From the NCBI RefSeq assembly GCF_037042905.1, contig NC_087251.1, positions 35,156,001-35,220,000 on the forward strand: DNA of 64,000 nt. Reading direction: 5' to 3'. This stretch comes from Lytechinus pictus. Its lineage: Eukaryota. This document shows, one piece after another, positions 42,601 through 50,132 of the stretch. The stretch's first letter is position 1, and the number at the start of each line of letters is the position of its first letter. Made by a program: the position numbers and the translations under genes. The notes under the pieces were generated by a model that saw nothing but the letters and a program-made list of their open reading frames with translations, was not told the origin of the DNA and did no database searches.

Positions 42601-45600
42601 GGTGTGAATGCACCCTGGAAGGATTGACACTAGACAGCACAGGCAGAAGGTGTATTGGTAAGTCAAGAAATTGGATTGAAAAAAAAATCACAAACATGCT
42701 ACAATTTCATTCTTTCTGAAGGAGATTATATACATGAAGATGAAGGATCAGAGCACTGTAACTTATCAAGGCAGCCATACGGGGGGGGGGGGGGGGGGGG
42801 GGGCTGGGGTGTTGGACTTCCAAAGATGAATAAAAGCCATTTTCACGAGTTATGCAATGAGTCAGGTTCATTGCTATGTCAGTTCATGAACTTATTTCAG
42901 GACAGTCTAATAATAACACTGATATTCCATACATATTTGGAATTTTTTTACAAGTAGACTAACAGTCCTTTTACTGGGTGATGCAATGAGCCAGGAACAT
43001 TGCTATGTCAGAACATAGATCATCTTTTGTGTGCGTACATAAAGCCCCAAGTTGAAAGCAATCATTTATAAAAAACAGGTCCCAGACCAAATTGGTGTAT
43101 ACTAGATATTGCCTTTTAAAAAAAGAAAATTTGCAAATCTTAAGATTTTTCATGGAGATTGCAGAAGTTTTAAAGTCTCCAAGAAAAAGTAAGGAAAATG
43201 AATCCATATTTGTTCATCTCATCCTGTATTAGTTTGATGTTGTCTACTCAAAAAATGTGTAGCAAGTTTTGATGTTGTATCTCATTTTAAATCATATAAG
43301 CAATAAGCATTAATCATCTGAAGGACTGAATAGCTTCAAGACACGAGACAAGGCCTCTCTCCCACCAAGGGGAGCGTCTCATAAAACATCTGGCAAGTGA
43401 TTTTCACTGACTGATTTGTTCCAAGCAAATCAGATGCAAGGATTTTAGTTGCTTCTAACAGTAGTCGGTGAAAATTTCTTTTTTGACTATTGTTTCATGA
43501 AATGCTCCCCTGAATGCCTTTTGAGTTTTTCTTGTTCTTACTTCTTCACAGAAATAATTGGGCCTGTATCAGGAGGTGGCGGAGGAGGAGGAGGTAGTGC
43601 CAGACCAGAAGACCCCCTAGGTCCATGTTGGGGACGGTCTGAGCCAAACCAAGATATCTGTAGTAATGTAGTCTCACAAGAGAGCACTTATCAGCAATGT
43701 TGCTGCAACACCGGCTTCAGCTGGGGCAAGGAGTGCTACTCATGTCCGCTTAGAAATAGTGGTAAGTGTGTTTGGACTTTGTGGTGGAGTTGACTGCAGC
43801 AACATTTTTTTTGGAAAAAATGTTTTACATTTAACAGAGAAAAGATAAGATATTATCAATTTAGATATTGTATATACTACCATAGGAATTATGTGTGATT
43901 AGGACCTTGGTTTTTAGATTCTTTTTATTAGTGTTGCGATTTCTTTTACCGTTAGTCAACACTGAATTGATTTTTAGCAAGCAGTAACTAGCAGCCAGAC
44001 AGCAAATTTCAAGATCAGTGTTAATCTTTTGATGTTTCTCAATAAAATCTCTCGCTATGGAAACCTTATAATAAGGTTTAACTAAAGTAGAAATAGGTTC
44101 CTATGCAGACAAACTTAAAAATTAATAGAAAAAAGTATGTTATTTTTTTAGAGGCTATAGTCTGCATAAAGCTATATGTGTAGTAATTCAGGTCTGAAAT
44201 GAGCTTTACATACATAATTAATTATGCTAAAAATTACCACTTGGTCTTCACCTGCTTTACATGTATCTACTTTCCATTTGGTCTCATCACATATGATCTA
44301 ATCTTAGTTTGTCTACAGCCAGTTCATCTACTAACCATTTGGTCTATTTGTCATTTGGCCCATTTCCCATTTTGCCCAATTCTCTAGTTAGGCTACACAT
44401 ATTTTCTCCAATATCCATCTTAATCTATGTGATGAGATGATTGTCAAACCATTTGGTTTATTTGTCATTTGGCCCATTTACCATTTTGCCCAATTCTCTA
44501 GTAAGGCTATACATATTTTCTCTACTATCCACCTTAATATATATGATGAGATGATTGTCAAACCATTTGGTTTACTTGTCATTTGCCCCATTTATCATTT
44601 TGCCCAATTCTCTGGTTAGGCTATACATATTTTCTCTACTATCCACCTTAATCTATGTGATGAGATGATTGTCAAAAGAAAATTTGATTCAGAACAAAGT
44701 GCAAAATATAATATCAGATGATAATTGGAACATAGGGGCATTAGACTATAAATGAGAATGACATTAAGTGGGCATTAGACTAAGTGGATATTAGACCAAT
44801 GCAGTGTAGACCAAACAGCAATTGGGACCAAATGGGTTTAGCCCATGGTAGTAGACTCTCTGAGAAGTAGATAAGCTGATTATAGTTCAAGTGAACGTAG
44901 ACCTGATAAATAGACCTCTTTATATTATTGATCTTTGTTATTTTCATTTGTGCAGAGGAATACAGAATGCTGTGTTTAGCTCTTTCATTATACAATAATC
45001 AAGATGGAAGTTTTAGCCAACAAGCCGACCAACCAGGTTAGAATATTATTCATATATTTTTTTTTGTAATTTTCTAGACGGCAATTTGATTTGTTGATAT
45101 CTTGTTATTAGAGCAAAAAAGACCTCGCAAAGCCTTGATAAAAATGTATTTTATTGTACTATTCCAGACAACAATATACTTGTTTATATCCTGTTATTGA
45201 ATGAAAAGACCTTGCAAAGGCTTTCAAAAATATCTATGTGAAACAGAATCCCACAGTACATGAATCTTGTCATGTATGGGAAAAAAATATATATTTTGAA
45301 TTTATTATGATACAGATATCTAATTGATTAAAGGTCAAGTCCATCCCAGGAAAATGTTGATTTGAAAAGATAGAGAAAAATCATACCAGCATAAGCTGAA
45401 AATTTCATCAAAATTGGATGTAAAATAAGAAAGTTATGGCATTTTAAAGTTACGCTTATTTTTCACAAAATAGTGATATGCACAACTCATTGACATGCAA
45501 ATGAGTCAGTCGATGATGTCCATCACTCACTATTTCTTTTTTTTTTATTGTTTGAATTATACAATATTTAATTTTTTACAGATTTGACAATAAGGACCAA

Positions 45601-46316
45601 GGTTGACCAAACCATATAGTATTAAACAATGCTAATTGCACATGTTCAGGGAGGAATTAATCGCTGTTTCCCTTGACAATGAGGAGAAAATTAGAATATT
45701 TCATATAAAAAAATACAAAAGAAATAGTGAGTGGATGATGTCATCAGTCTCCTCATTTGCATACCGACCAGGATGTGCGTATAACTGTTTTGTGAAATTA
45801 AGCAAAATCTTAAAATGTCATAACTTTCTTATTTTACATCCGATTTTGATGAAATTTTCAGTGTTATGCTTGTTGGATTTTTCTCTTTTTATTCAAATCA
45901 ACTTTTTGTTGGGGTGGACTTGTCCTTTAAAGATGATTAAATGGGAAGTGCAAAATCTACTTAAATTTCGGATATACAAATCTGTAATTTATAAAACTTA
46001 TTTTGTTTGTTTATTTATAAATACAAAATTTATTTGTAAGTTCAGTTACACAACTATAGTAGCCTGATATATTGTTCAAATTATGATTCTAACATAAGTG
46101 CATTGGTGGTTGAATGGTACGAAGGATGTCATAACTATCAATATGCATTTATGGGGATTATATGTTTGTCCAATGTATTCTAGTGAACTGATATGTTGAT
46201 AAATTTATCTCCTTTTTTATCTCCCTTTCTCACCCGTTTTCCTTGCGTCTCTATCTATCTATTCATTTTTGGATTCTTATGATCCGACTACAGTACCAGG
46301 CATTCCTCGTTCATAG
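3460..46316 (+). CDS. LTBP: LTBP-like gene (latent TGF-beta binding protein, fibrillin superfamily), 3' portion: 28 coding exons, 23 EGF/cbEGF + 2 TB domains; 5' end outside window
   Basis: Manually spliced AG/GT phase-1 exons form one open frame. First TB ([62 protein letters not shown]) closely resembles the TGF-beta-binding TB of vertebrate LTBP1 as I recall it; second TB resembles the last LTBP TB. No fibrillin C-terminal domain seen. Confidence 0.88.
4982..5107 (+). CDS. LTBP: LTBP-like exon: cbEGF
   Basis: acag|at...aaag|gtaag; [42 protein letters not shown]. Confidence 0.95.
5164..5275 (+). mobile_element. tRNA-derived SINE head fragment
   Basis: A box TGGTCTAGTGG and B box GGTTCGAATCC, followed by ccttaagcaagacatttaccc resembling a SINE central domain; no complete cloverleaf acceptor stem. 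Confidence 0.7.
9390..9573. mobile_element. Palindromic MITE family A, copy 1 (Harbinger-like)
   Basis: Long TIR gtttcataaagctgttcgtaagttaagagcgactttaag and its reverse complement; further copies at 31721 and 39491. Confidence 0.85.
10060..10130 (+). mobile_element. 3' tail of a SINE/LINE (L2-like)
   Basis: agcgct...aagcgctatataaat followed by a (TAT)n tail. Confidence 0.45.
11452..11556. mobile_element. 105-bp MITE, Tc1/mariner-pogo-like
   Basis: Perfect 28-bp TIR ccgtaagtaacggtgtattaaccgcacc, flanked by TA on both sides. Confidence 0.85.
11927..12064 (+). CDS. LTBP: LTBP-like exon: cbEGF
   Basis: gcag|at...gtag|gtaag; [46 protein letters not shown]. Confidence 0.95.
12431..12917. mobile_element. 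Non-autonomous DNA transposon (CpG-rich)
   Basis: TIR aggtggtttcagaccgcctcga / tcgaggcggtttgaaaccacct; internal direct repeat ggtattttggcggtctgaaagcaaa x2. Confidence 0.85.
12957..13387. mobile_element. hAT-like MITE with apparent 5-bp TSD
   Basis: TIR cagggtgctacataa / ttatgtagcaccctg; TATCA on both flanks; multiple subterminal cttgccc/gggcaag motifs. Confidence 0.85.
13492..13614 (+). CDS. LTBP: LTBP-like exon: cbEGF
   Basis: ccag|ac...atag|gtcag; [41 protein letters not shown]. Confidence 0.95.
14061..14525. mobile_element. hAT MITE (Charlie-like)
   Basis: Imperfect TIR cagcacctctcaacc / ggttgagaagcactg with perfect 8-bp TSD GTTTAGAG. Confidence 0.88.
16318..16530. repeat. Compound (AAT)n/(GAT)n microsatellite
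   Basis: Seen directly; ends about 30 bp before the acceptor at 16560. Confidence 0.95.
16561..16725 (+). CDS. LTBP: LTBP-like exon: cbEGF + linker
   Basis: ttag|ac...atag|gtgag; [55 protein letters not shown]. Confidence 0.93.
17534..17667 (+). pseudogene. Truncated tandem duplicate of the TB-domain exon (pseudo-exon or alternative terminal exon)
   Basis: tacag|tt acceptor; [35 protein letters not shown] is paralogous to 17696-17800, then QPIILIHF and stop at 17665-17667; no donor. Confidence 0.8.
17696..17854 (+). CDS. LTBP: LTBP-like exon: TB (8-Cys) domain, Cys1-7, TGF-beta-binding type
   Basis: ttcag|tc...acac|gtaag; [52 protein letters not shown]. Confidence 0.95.
18414..18554 (+). 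CDS. LTBP: LTBP-like exon: end of TB domain (Cys8) + linker
   Basis: ttcag|tt...ttgg|gtata; [46 protein letters not shown]. Donor is weak but phase-compatible. Confidence 0.82.
18647..19115 (+). mobile_element. Degenerate Helentron-associated (HINE/DINE-like) element, same family as 60966-61829
   Basis: gtcttgcctgcatagcaga...atgcaggcaaaattgcc...ttccacttgtt matches both ends of the 61 kb element; internal aggtcaaaggtcattt motifs. Confidence 0.75.
19190..19456. mobile_element. MITE (Harbinger-like GGGCCC termini)
   Basis: TIR gggccccatcttacaaagagttacg / cgtaactctttgtaagacagggccc; degenerate relative at about 9574-10146. Confidence 0.8.
19711..19836 (+). CDS. LTBP: LTBP-like exon: EGF/cbEGF
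   Basis: atag|gc...acag|gtac; [42 protein letters not shown]. Confidence 0.93.
20333..20458 (+). CDS. LTBP: LTBP-like exon: EGF
   Basis: ttcag|tt...atat|gtgag; [41 protein letters not shown]. Confidence 0.92.
21405..21692. repeat. (TCTA)n tetranucleotide microsatellite
   Basis: Seen directly. Confidence 0.95.
21716..21856. repeat. Inverted repeat / hairpin, probably the end of an interspersed repeat
   Basis: tatattggatggctc...ataccagaaatattcca pairs with tggaatatttctggtat...gctatccgatata. Confidence 0.6.
22463..22588 (+). CDS. LTBP: LTBP-like exon: EGF
   Basis: ttcag|tg...caag|gtaaa; [41 protein letters not shown]. Confidence 0.92.
23293..23821. mobile_element. TTAA-targeting non-autonomous transposon (Kolobok-like)
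   Basis: TTAA|aggagaatgaaac...gtttcattctcct|TTAA; long internal inverted repeats. Confidence 0.85.
23944..24069 (+). CDS. LTBP: LTBP-like exon: EGF
   Basis: cccag|tc...gaag|gtatg; [41 protein letters not shown]. Confidence 0.92.
25062..25187 (+). CDS. LTBP: LTBP-like exon: EGF
   Basis: ttcag|tg...gaag|gtgag; [41 protein letters not shown]. Confidence 0.92.
25725..25847 (+). CDS. LTBP: LTBP-like exon: cbEGF-like
   Basis: tacag|at...atag|gtaaa; [41 protein letters not shown]. Confidence 0.93.
26076..26204 (+). CDS. LTBP: LTBP-like exon: cbEGF
   Basis: tacag|at...gatg|gtgag; [43 protein letters not shown]. Confidence 0.93.
26639..26764 (+). CDS. LTBP: LTBP-like exon: cbEGF
   Basis: tgcag|at...atag|gtaag; [42 protein letters not shown]. 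Confidence 0.95.
   Translation: MSMSVGYRLMYVVTHPVPIQRVVIDAHATLATCITQLLACV
27451..28263. mobile_element. CpG-rich non-autonomous DNA transposon (Harbinger-like)
   Basis: TIR core ctgcaccatcccgagttt / aaactcgggatggtgcag; 3-bp flanking AGT on both sides. Confidence 0.85.
28475..28603 (+). CDS. LTBP: LTBP-like exon: cbEGF
   Basis: gttag|ac...ttag|gtaag; [43 protein letters not shown]. Confidence 0.94.
28798..29484 (+). mobile_element. Interspersed repeat family B, copy 1 (probable DNA transposon)
   Basis: Homologous in reverse orientation to 39066-39734; degenerate TIR acgaaaatacaccgtttg / caaacggaggtatttcgt. Confidence 0.8.
29555..29670 (-). mobile_element. SINE 3' fragment with (CAAT)n tail
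   Basis: Minus strand ggaccttaagccgtcggtcc resembles a conserved SINE central-domain motif and is followed by a simple-repeat tail. Confidence 0.5.
31239..31364 (+). CDS. LTBP: LTBP-like exon: cbEGF
   Basis: tttag|at...gttg|gtgag; [42 protein letters not shown]. Confidence 0.94.
31721..31892. mobile_element. Palindromic MITE family A, copy 2
   Basis: Same TIR as 9390; 3-bp TSD CTG. Confidence 0.88.
32151..32276 (+). CDS. LTBP: LTBP-like exon: cbEGF
   Basis: tccag|at...atag|gtgag; [42 protein letters not shown]. Confidence 0.95.
33250..33408 (+). CDS. LTBP: LTBP-like exon: short linker + EGF
   Basis: ttcag|ca...gttg|gtgag; [52 protein letters not shown]. Confidence 0.88.
33852..33977 (+). 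CDS. LTBP: LTBP-like exon: cbEGF
   Basis: catag|at...ggag|gtcag; [42 protein letters not shown]. Confidence 0.94.
34070..35046 (+). mobile_element. Degenerate Helentron/Helitron-associated element with internal tandem repeats
   Basis: Repeated aggtccattatggtaaagc(g/a)aag(c/a)tgcctat..ttttgg units; GC-rich 3' end terminating in CTAGTT. The 5' boundary is approximate. Confidence 0.6.
36354..36479 (+). CDS. LTBP: LTBP-like exon: cbEGF
   Basis: cacag|at...gtgg|gtaag; [42 protein letters not shown]. Confidence 0.94.
36787..36932. mobile_element. Short MITE
   Basis: TIR ggtcctgtttcataaa / tttatgaaatggacc; central aatcagat..aaggattt..agt(a/t)gctt motif shared with 43369-43510. Confidence 0.65.
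37051..37361. mobile_element. MITE (Harbinger-like)
   Basis: Perfect 18-bp TIR ggcccgtattctgaagtc; TGT on both flanks. Confidence 0.85.
38065..38402. mobile_element. Poly-G/poly-C-terminated non-autonomous element
   Basis: ccgggg(G)n tactta ... gagtaccccctccc termini; repeated acccat..ttagggattt motifs; similar G-run start at 54056. Confidence 0.6.
38817..38951 (+). CDS. LTBP: LTBP-like exon: EGF
   Basis: aatag|ct...aaag|gtttg; [44 protein letters not shown]. Confidence 0.88.
39066..39734 (-). mobile_element. Interspersed repeat family B, copy 2 (inverted), interrupted by MITE A
   Basis: Reverse complement of 28798-29484 with an internal deletion and a 137-bp insertion. Confidence 0.8.
39491..39627. 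mobile_element. Palindromic MITE family A, copy 3 (nested)
   Basis: Same TIR as 9390/31721; 3-bp TSD CAG; absent from the homologous site of family B copy 1. Confidence 0.88.
40294..40419 (+). CDS. LTBP: LTBP-like exon: cbEGF-like
   Basis: tgcag|tt...agag|gtaaa; [41 protein letters not shown]. Confidence 0.93.
41915..42103 (+). CDS. LTBP: LTBP-like exon: Pro-rich linker + EGF
   Basis: aacag|at...gaag|gtaaa; [63 protein letters not shown]. Confidence 0.92.
42526..42657 (+). CDS. LTBP: LTBP-like exon: cbEGF
   Basis: catag|at...attg|gtaag; [44 protein letters not shown]. Confidence 0.94.
43369..43510. mobile_element. Short MITE
   Basis: TIR ggggagcgtctcataaaaca / tgtttcatgaaatgctcccc. Confidence 0.7.
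43552..43761 (+). CDS. LTBP: LTBP-like exon: Gly-rich linker + second TB domain (Cys1-7)
   Basis: cacag|aa...agtg|gtaag; [69 protein letters not shown]. Confidence 0.94.
44334..44676. repeat. 114-bp tandem repeat, 3 copies
   Basis: accatttggt..ttgtcatttg..ccattt units start at 44334, 44448 and 44562. Confidence 0.9.
44956..45036 (+). CDS. LTBP: LTBP-like exon: end of second TB domain (Cys8) + tail
   Basis: tgcag|ag...ccag|gttag; [27 protein letters not shown]. Unspliced read-through would give G then stop. Confidence 0.85.
45332..45926. mobile_element. TTAA-targeting foldback MITE family C (Kolobok-like), copy 1
   Basis: TTAA|aggtcaagtcca...tggacttgtcct|TTAA; long TIRs; second copy at 59062. 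Confidence 0.88.
46294..46316 (+). CDS. LTBP: Probable terminal coding exon of the LTBP-like gene (VPGIPRS-stop), followed by 3' UTR
   Basis: Long pyrimidine tract 46205-46270, then tacag|ta cca ggc att cct cgt tca TAG; phase 1 compatible. No further EGF exon found downstream. Confidence 0.55.
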
Positions 46317-48010
46317 TGCCTAGCCTTGGATCCATCCTATTCTAATTATCATTCAAAAACAGAGGACAGATTTGCTGGAGTGCATCTCACTGCCGACATA
46401 TGGATTGGTGTTTGAAAGATTAGATTAACCCAAAAATGGCCACATATTCAACATTTTTGTCAACTTTATATTTTCTTCTCTATTTATGAACTTTGCCTTT
46501 TTCTTGTGTGAGAGTAGATGTATGTCATGTCTTGCACTACACATTGGCAGTAAACACAAATCATTGCTATCACTGCAAAATTCTTTACACCGACACAAAG
46601 GCTTCTGCACTATTATCAGCATGTTCACTACTCGAATTCATCTACATGTATTTAATTAGTCATGTGCGAAAAAAGCACTCAACGTTCTGTGAATGTTTGT
46701 GATATCACGTGCTGTACAAGAAGTATTTCACTGCTTCAGCAAGTGTTTAGTATGTCAGAGCAATTTTTCCAGAGCACCGTTCTATGTGTCCTATTTTTGG
46801 TTGCATGGTGTCAATGCTTGAAACACAATTCCTTTTGATCTGTGAGTTTGTGCGTTTCTGAAGGACCATCCAACTTGGTATATGCATAATATATCTCTGG
46901 AAATAACAAAAACCTAGGAACATGGAATGATTAAAAAAAAAACTTTAGAAATATTGGATGAAAGGGGAAAGTTTGGGATGAATATGGAAGTTGGCATCAT
47001 ATGATTGCATAATGTTGATTATACAAAGTGAAGTCTTCATCCATATGTGAATCATCCATTTTTAATCTGTACTTGTTATTCCATTTGACATAACTTAATA
47101 CATATGAAGATATCTGCTTTTGTGAAACTAATATCTCGACAATACAAGGAGAACATCATTATTTTTCTTCTGTTGTCTGATGCTCTTTCTCTCATGATAA
47201 AATGGATTTAAAAAAGAAAACACCAAGCTTATTGCTTGTCACTAGCATAACTGATATTGTTAGATTTATAGGGGGAGGATATGATGAAGGGACATCCTTT
47301 ATTAAAACATTTGTACACATTCAAACATGCAAATACAGTGACAACTGAGTCTTGTTTCCTGGTAAGGCAAGGAAATAATGTTGATCTGTTGTTGTTACGA
47401 CCATGTCATATTAATTTATAGGAAGAGGAATTTTAGCATATTTATTTTTCTTGTAAGATATTGTTAAATAGTCATTTTAATGTCAAGTGTAATGTATTTG
47501 TTATTTTTAAGAAACTGAATGTTATATTCTTTGTACATGATTCATGATATTATTTTGTAACAACTATCTATTTTAGACTGTGTTGGTAAAGAATAAGTGA
47601 AAGGATTCTATTTATTGTACCAGTTCAGACAAAGAAAGAAACTTCACGTGTTGTAGCATTTTATTTTTATCAAAATGAACATAAATTGGACTATGTAATA
47701 CAAGATAATGGACTAGGATATAAGGAATATCCAGACTTAAGTTTATCGTGACAATGTCTGTGAATGAACTTATTTCAAATTCTGTACTCTATTGTGTATG
47801 TGATTTAAAAAGTTATTTTAACATGATTGTAAGAAATGTATATTATATTCATTTTTTGAAAACATATTTTCATGTGATCAAAAGGCTTGTCCAGAAACAT
47901 ATTGAAATTCAATTACAAAGAAGCTTTAAAAATGTTCATTGTTCTATTCACTTCATTATTTTTTGATATGTTTCAAAATGGTCATCATATATACCGATGA
48001 ATTTGTGTTA

Positions 48011-48298
48011 ATTTTTCATAAGCCCCGTCCTAGACGGGACGTATTATGGTATCACGCTCTGTGTCTGTCCGTCTGTTAACTTTTCCTTGTAAACACGATA
48101 ACTTCCGTTTGACTTAACCTGGGGTCATATAATTTGGTGTGTATGATACTAGCATAGATCCTAGCAATTCTATTGATTTTGAGGTCAGAAGGTCAAAGTT
48201 GAAGTCGCCACCTTCCACTTTTCTTGCTTGACCAATAACTCCATTTTCCGCATTACAGGCGGGCGTATTATGTGCTTGCCTCAGCGACACTCTTGTTC
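48011..48298 (+). mobile_element. Helentron-associated (DINE/HINE-like) element
   Basis: 5' hairpin ccgtcctagacgg, ctgt/ccgt microsatellite, gaggtcagaaggtcaaag core, 3' gcgggcgtattat and terminal cttgtt. Confidence 0.65.
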
Positions 48299-49452
48299 CC
48301 TATATTAGAGCTTTTTTCTTCAGGATCCCTTATTTTTCTTAATTTGTCTAAATATATCACTAGAATCTTTTTCCTTTCAGATATTTGAAAAAAGAAAAAA
48401 ACATTATCCCCATCATGACCCATCTTACTAAGAGTTGTGATTGATCCAATTTATTCTGAATTATGGGTTAGCCAGAGACACATCATCTGGAATGCACACA
48501 TTTCCTTAAAGTGTTCTATGAATATGGCAAGCGCAGTTGTGCAAGAGTCATATTTGTTTAACCAATCACTGTGACAGTGTACACACATCTTTGATGAAGA
48601 ATTAAGATATAGATAGCCTTCCATATTTAAAATTGATTGGATCAATCACAAATCTTTATGAGATGCGGTCCAGGAATATGTACAAAGTCTGTGTGAGTAG
48701 CCTTTCAACGTGACCTTGTCGTAAATGGATTAAAGCAGGGCTTTTATTAACCTGCTTTGCAATCTAATGTATTCTTTTTTAAACCTGTTTTGCTAAATCT
48801 ATTTCTTTCTTGCCAAAGCATTAAACAGTTATGAAGTAGAGTCTTTGAATATTGTGAATACTCTGTACATGTACTTGTTTTGTGAGGTATAAATAAATGG
48901 CTGTGCAAGAGACTTGGATTGTTGTGTTGTATGTTTTCATCGAGAAGTAGTTGATTAGGGTGCATGTTTAGACCTGAGATGTTGTTAAATCTTTGTAAAA
49001 TGATAAAATTTATATTTCCTCTGCCCTTCTATCATTACATGGTGGTGTGGTGATGATTGATGATGATTACCATGAATGGCAATGATGATGCCATGCCATG
49101 AATACTACAGAGTGGGATTGGTAATCGACAACATAACATCTATAAATGTAATAATAGTACATTGACCAAATTCAACATTACTGAAGAGACTCCAACCCCA
49201 AGCACCTCTTTAATAGGCAGATTTTTCTGCTGAGACCCCTTAGCAAATGGAAGAAAGCTGCAACAAGTGCATACAGACCACATCACCAGCAAAAATACTC
49301 AAATTTCTTGTGGCCAGAGGCCACTTAGGACATTTTTAGGTCTACATGTATATCAGCCCTCTATCTTTGAACATGAACAACAACAAAATCAGACAAAATT
49401 TTTTGTTGGGGGTTATAAAAAAAGTCAAACAGATTTCTGTGGTCCTAAGATA

Positions 49453-50132
49453 GGGGAGATTGGGGTTAGTTGGAACGCGGGTTAAAGTTGAAACATTGTA
49501 ATTTTCTTTAACACCTATAAATAAAGTTATGCAATAGTGCCCTCAATTTATTGCTATTAGCAACAACCATCCACCATATTACAGACAACGCATGTGCAAC
49601 AAGCCTGGTGAAGTTAGGAAGGAATGTTTTTTTTTCCACCTTCTGAGTAATTTTTTTTTTCTTTCAGAAATGTTATATCTCAGAAAAGTTTATAGATCAA
49701 GTTGGCCAGTTCGGGGGTATAATAGACACATGTACCAAGCTACAAAATAAGGTTATTAATATGCCCTGGCGAAGTCCCTTTTTTTGCTGTAAGCTTGTAA
49801 ATGTCAGAAAACATAAAGTTTTACAAATCAGAATACACACCATTAATATTTTGAACTTGAAAAAATAAGCAAAAAAAGCTAAAACAATGTAGTAGTACCA
49901 TGCAGTGTTCCAACTTACCCCGTATATGGGGTAAGTTGGAACACTTGATATATGGTCTTGTTCAAGGTGGATTTTTTTCAGTAACCATCATAGAGTTAAA
50001 TAATTTTATGGGTACATTTGTAGCCCTTAGATATTTGCTTTAAGCTGATATTTTGATTGTTTCTTGAATAAAATCTATTTGGACTTTACAGCCATTTTTG
50101 TCAAAAATGTTCCAACTAACCCCAATCTCCCC
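49453..50132. mobile_element. Tc1/mariner-pogo-like MITE
   Basis: Perfect 24-bp TIR ggggagattggggttagttggaac, TA on both flanks; internal palindrome of the TIR motif at about 49905-49944. Confidence 0.88.

Noticed and set aside
45636..46067. 143-aa ORF with similar ORFs at 59065-59778
   Set aside because: The similarity comes from shared MITE family C TIRs; no transposase motifs.
3460..46316. Calling the gene fibrillin
   Set aside because: Low TB-to-EGF ratio, TB with the Cys6-Cys7 insertion, and no fibrillin C-terminal furin site or unique domain; LTBP fits better.
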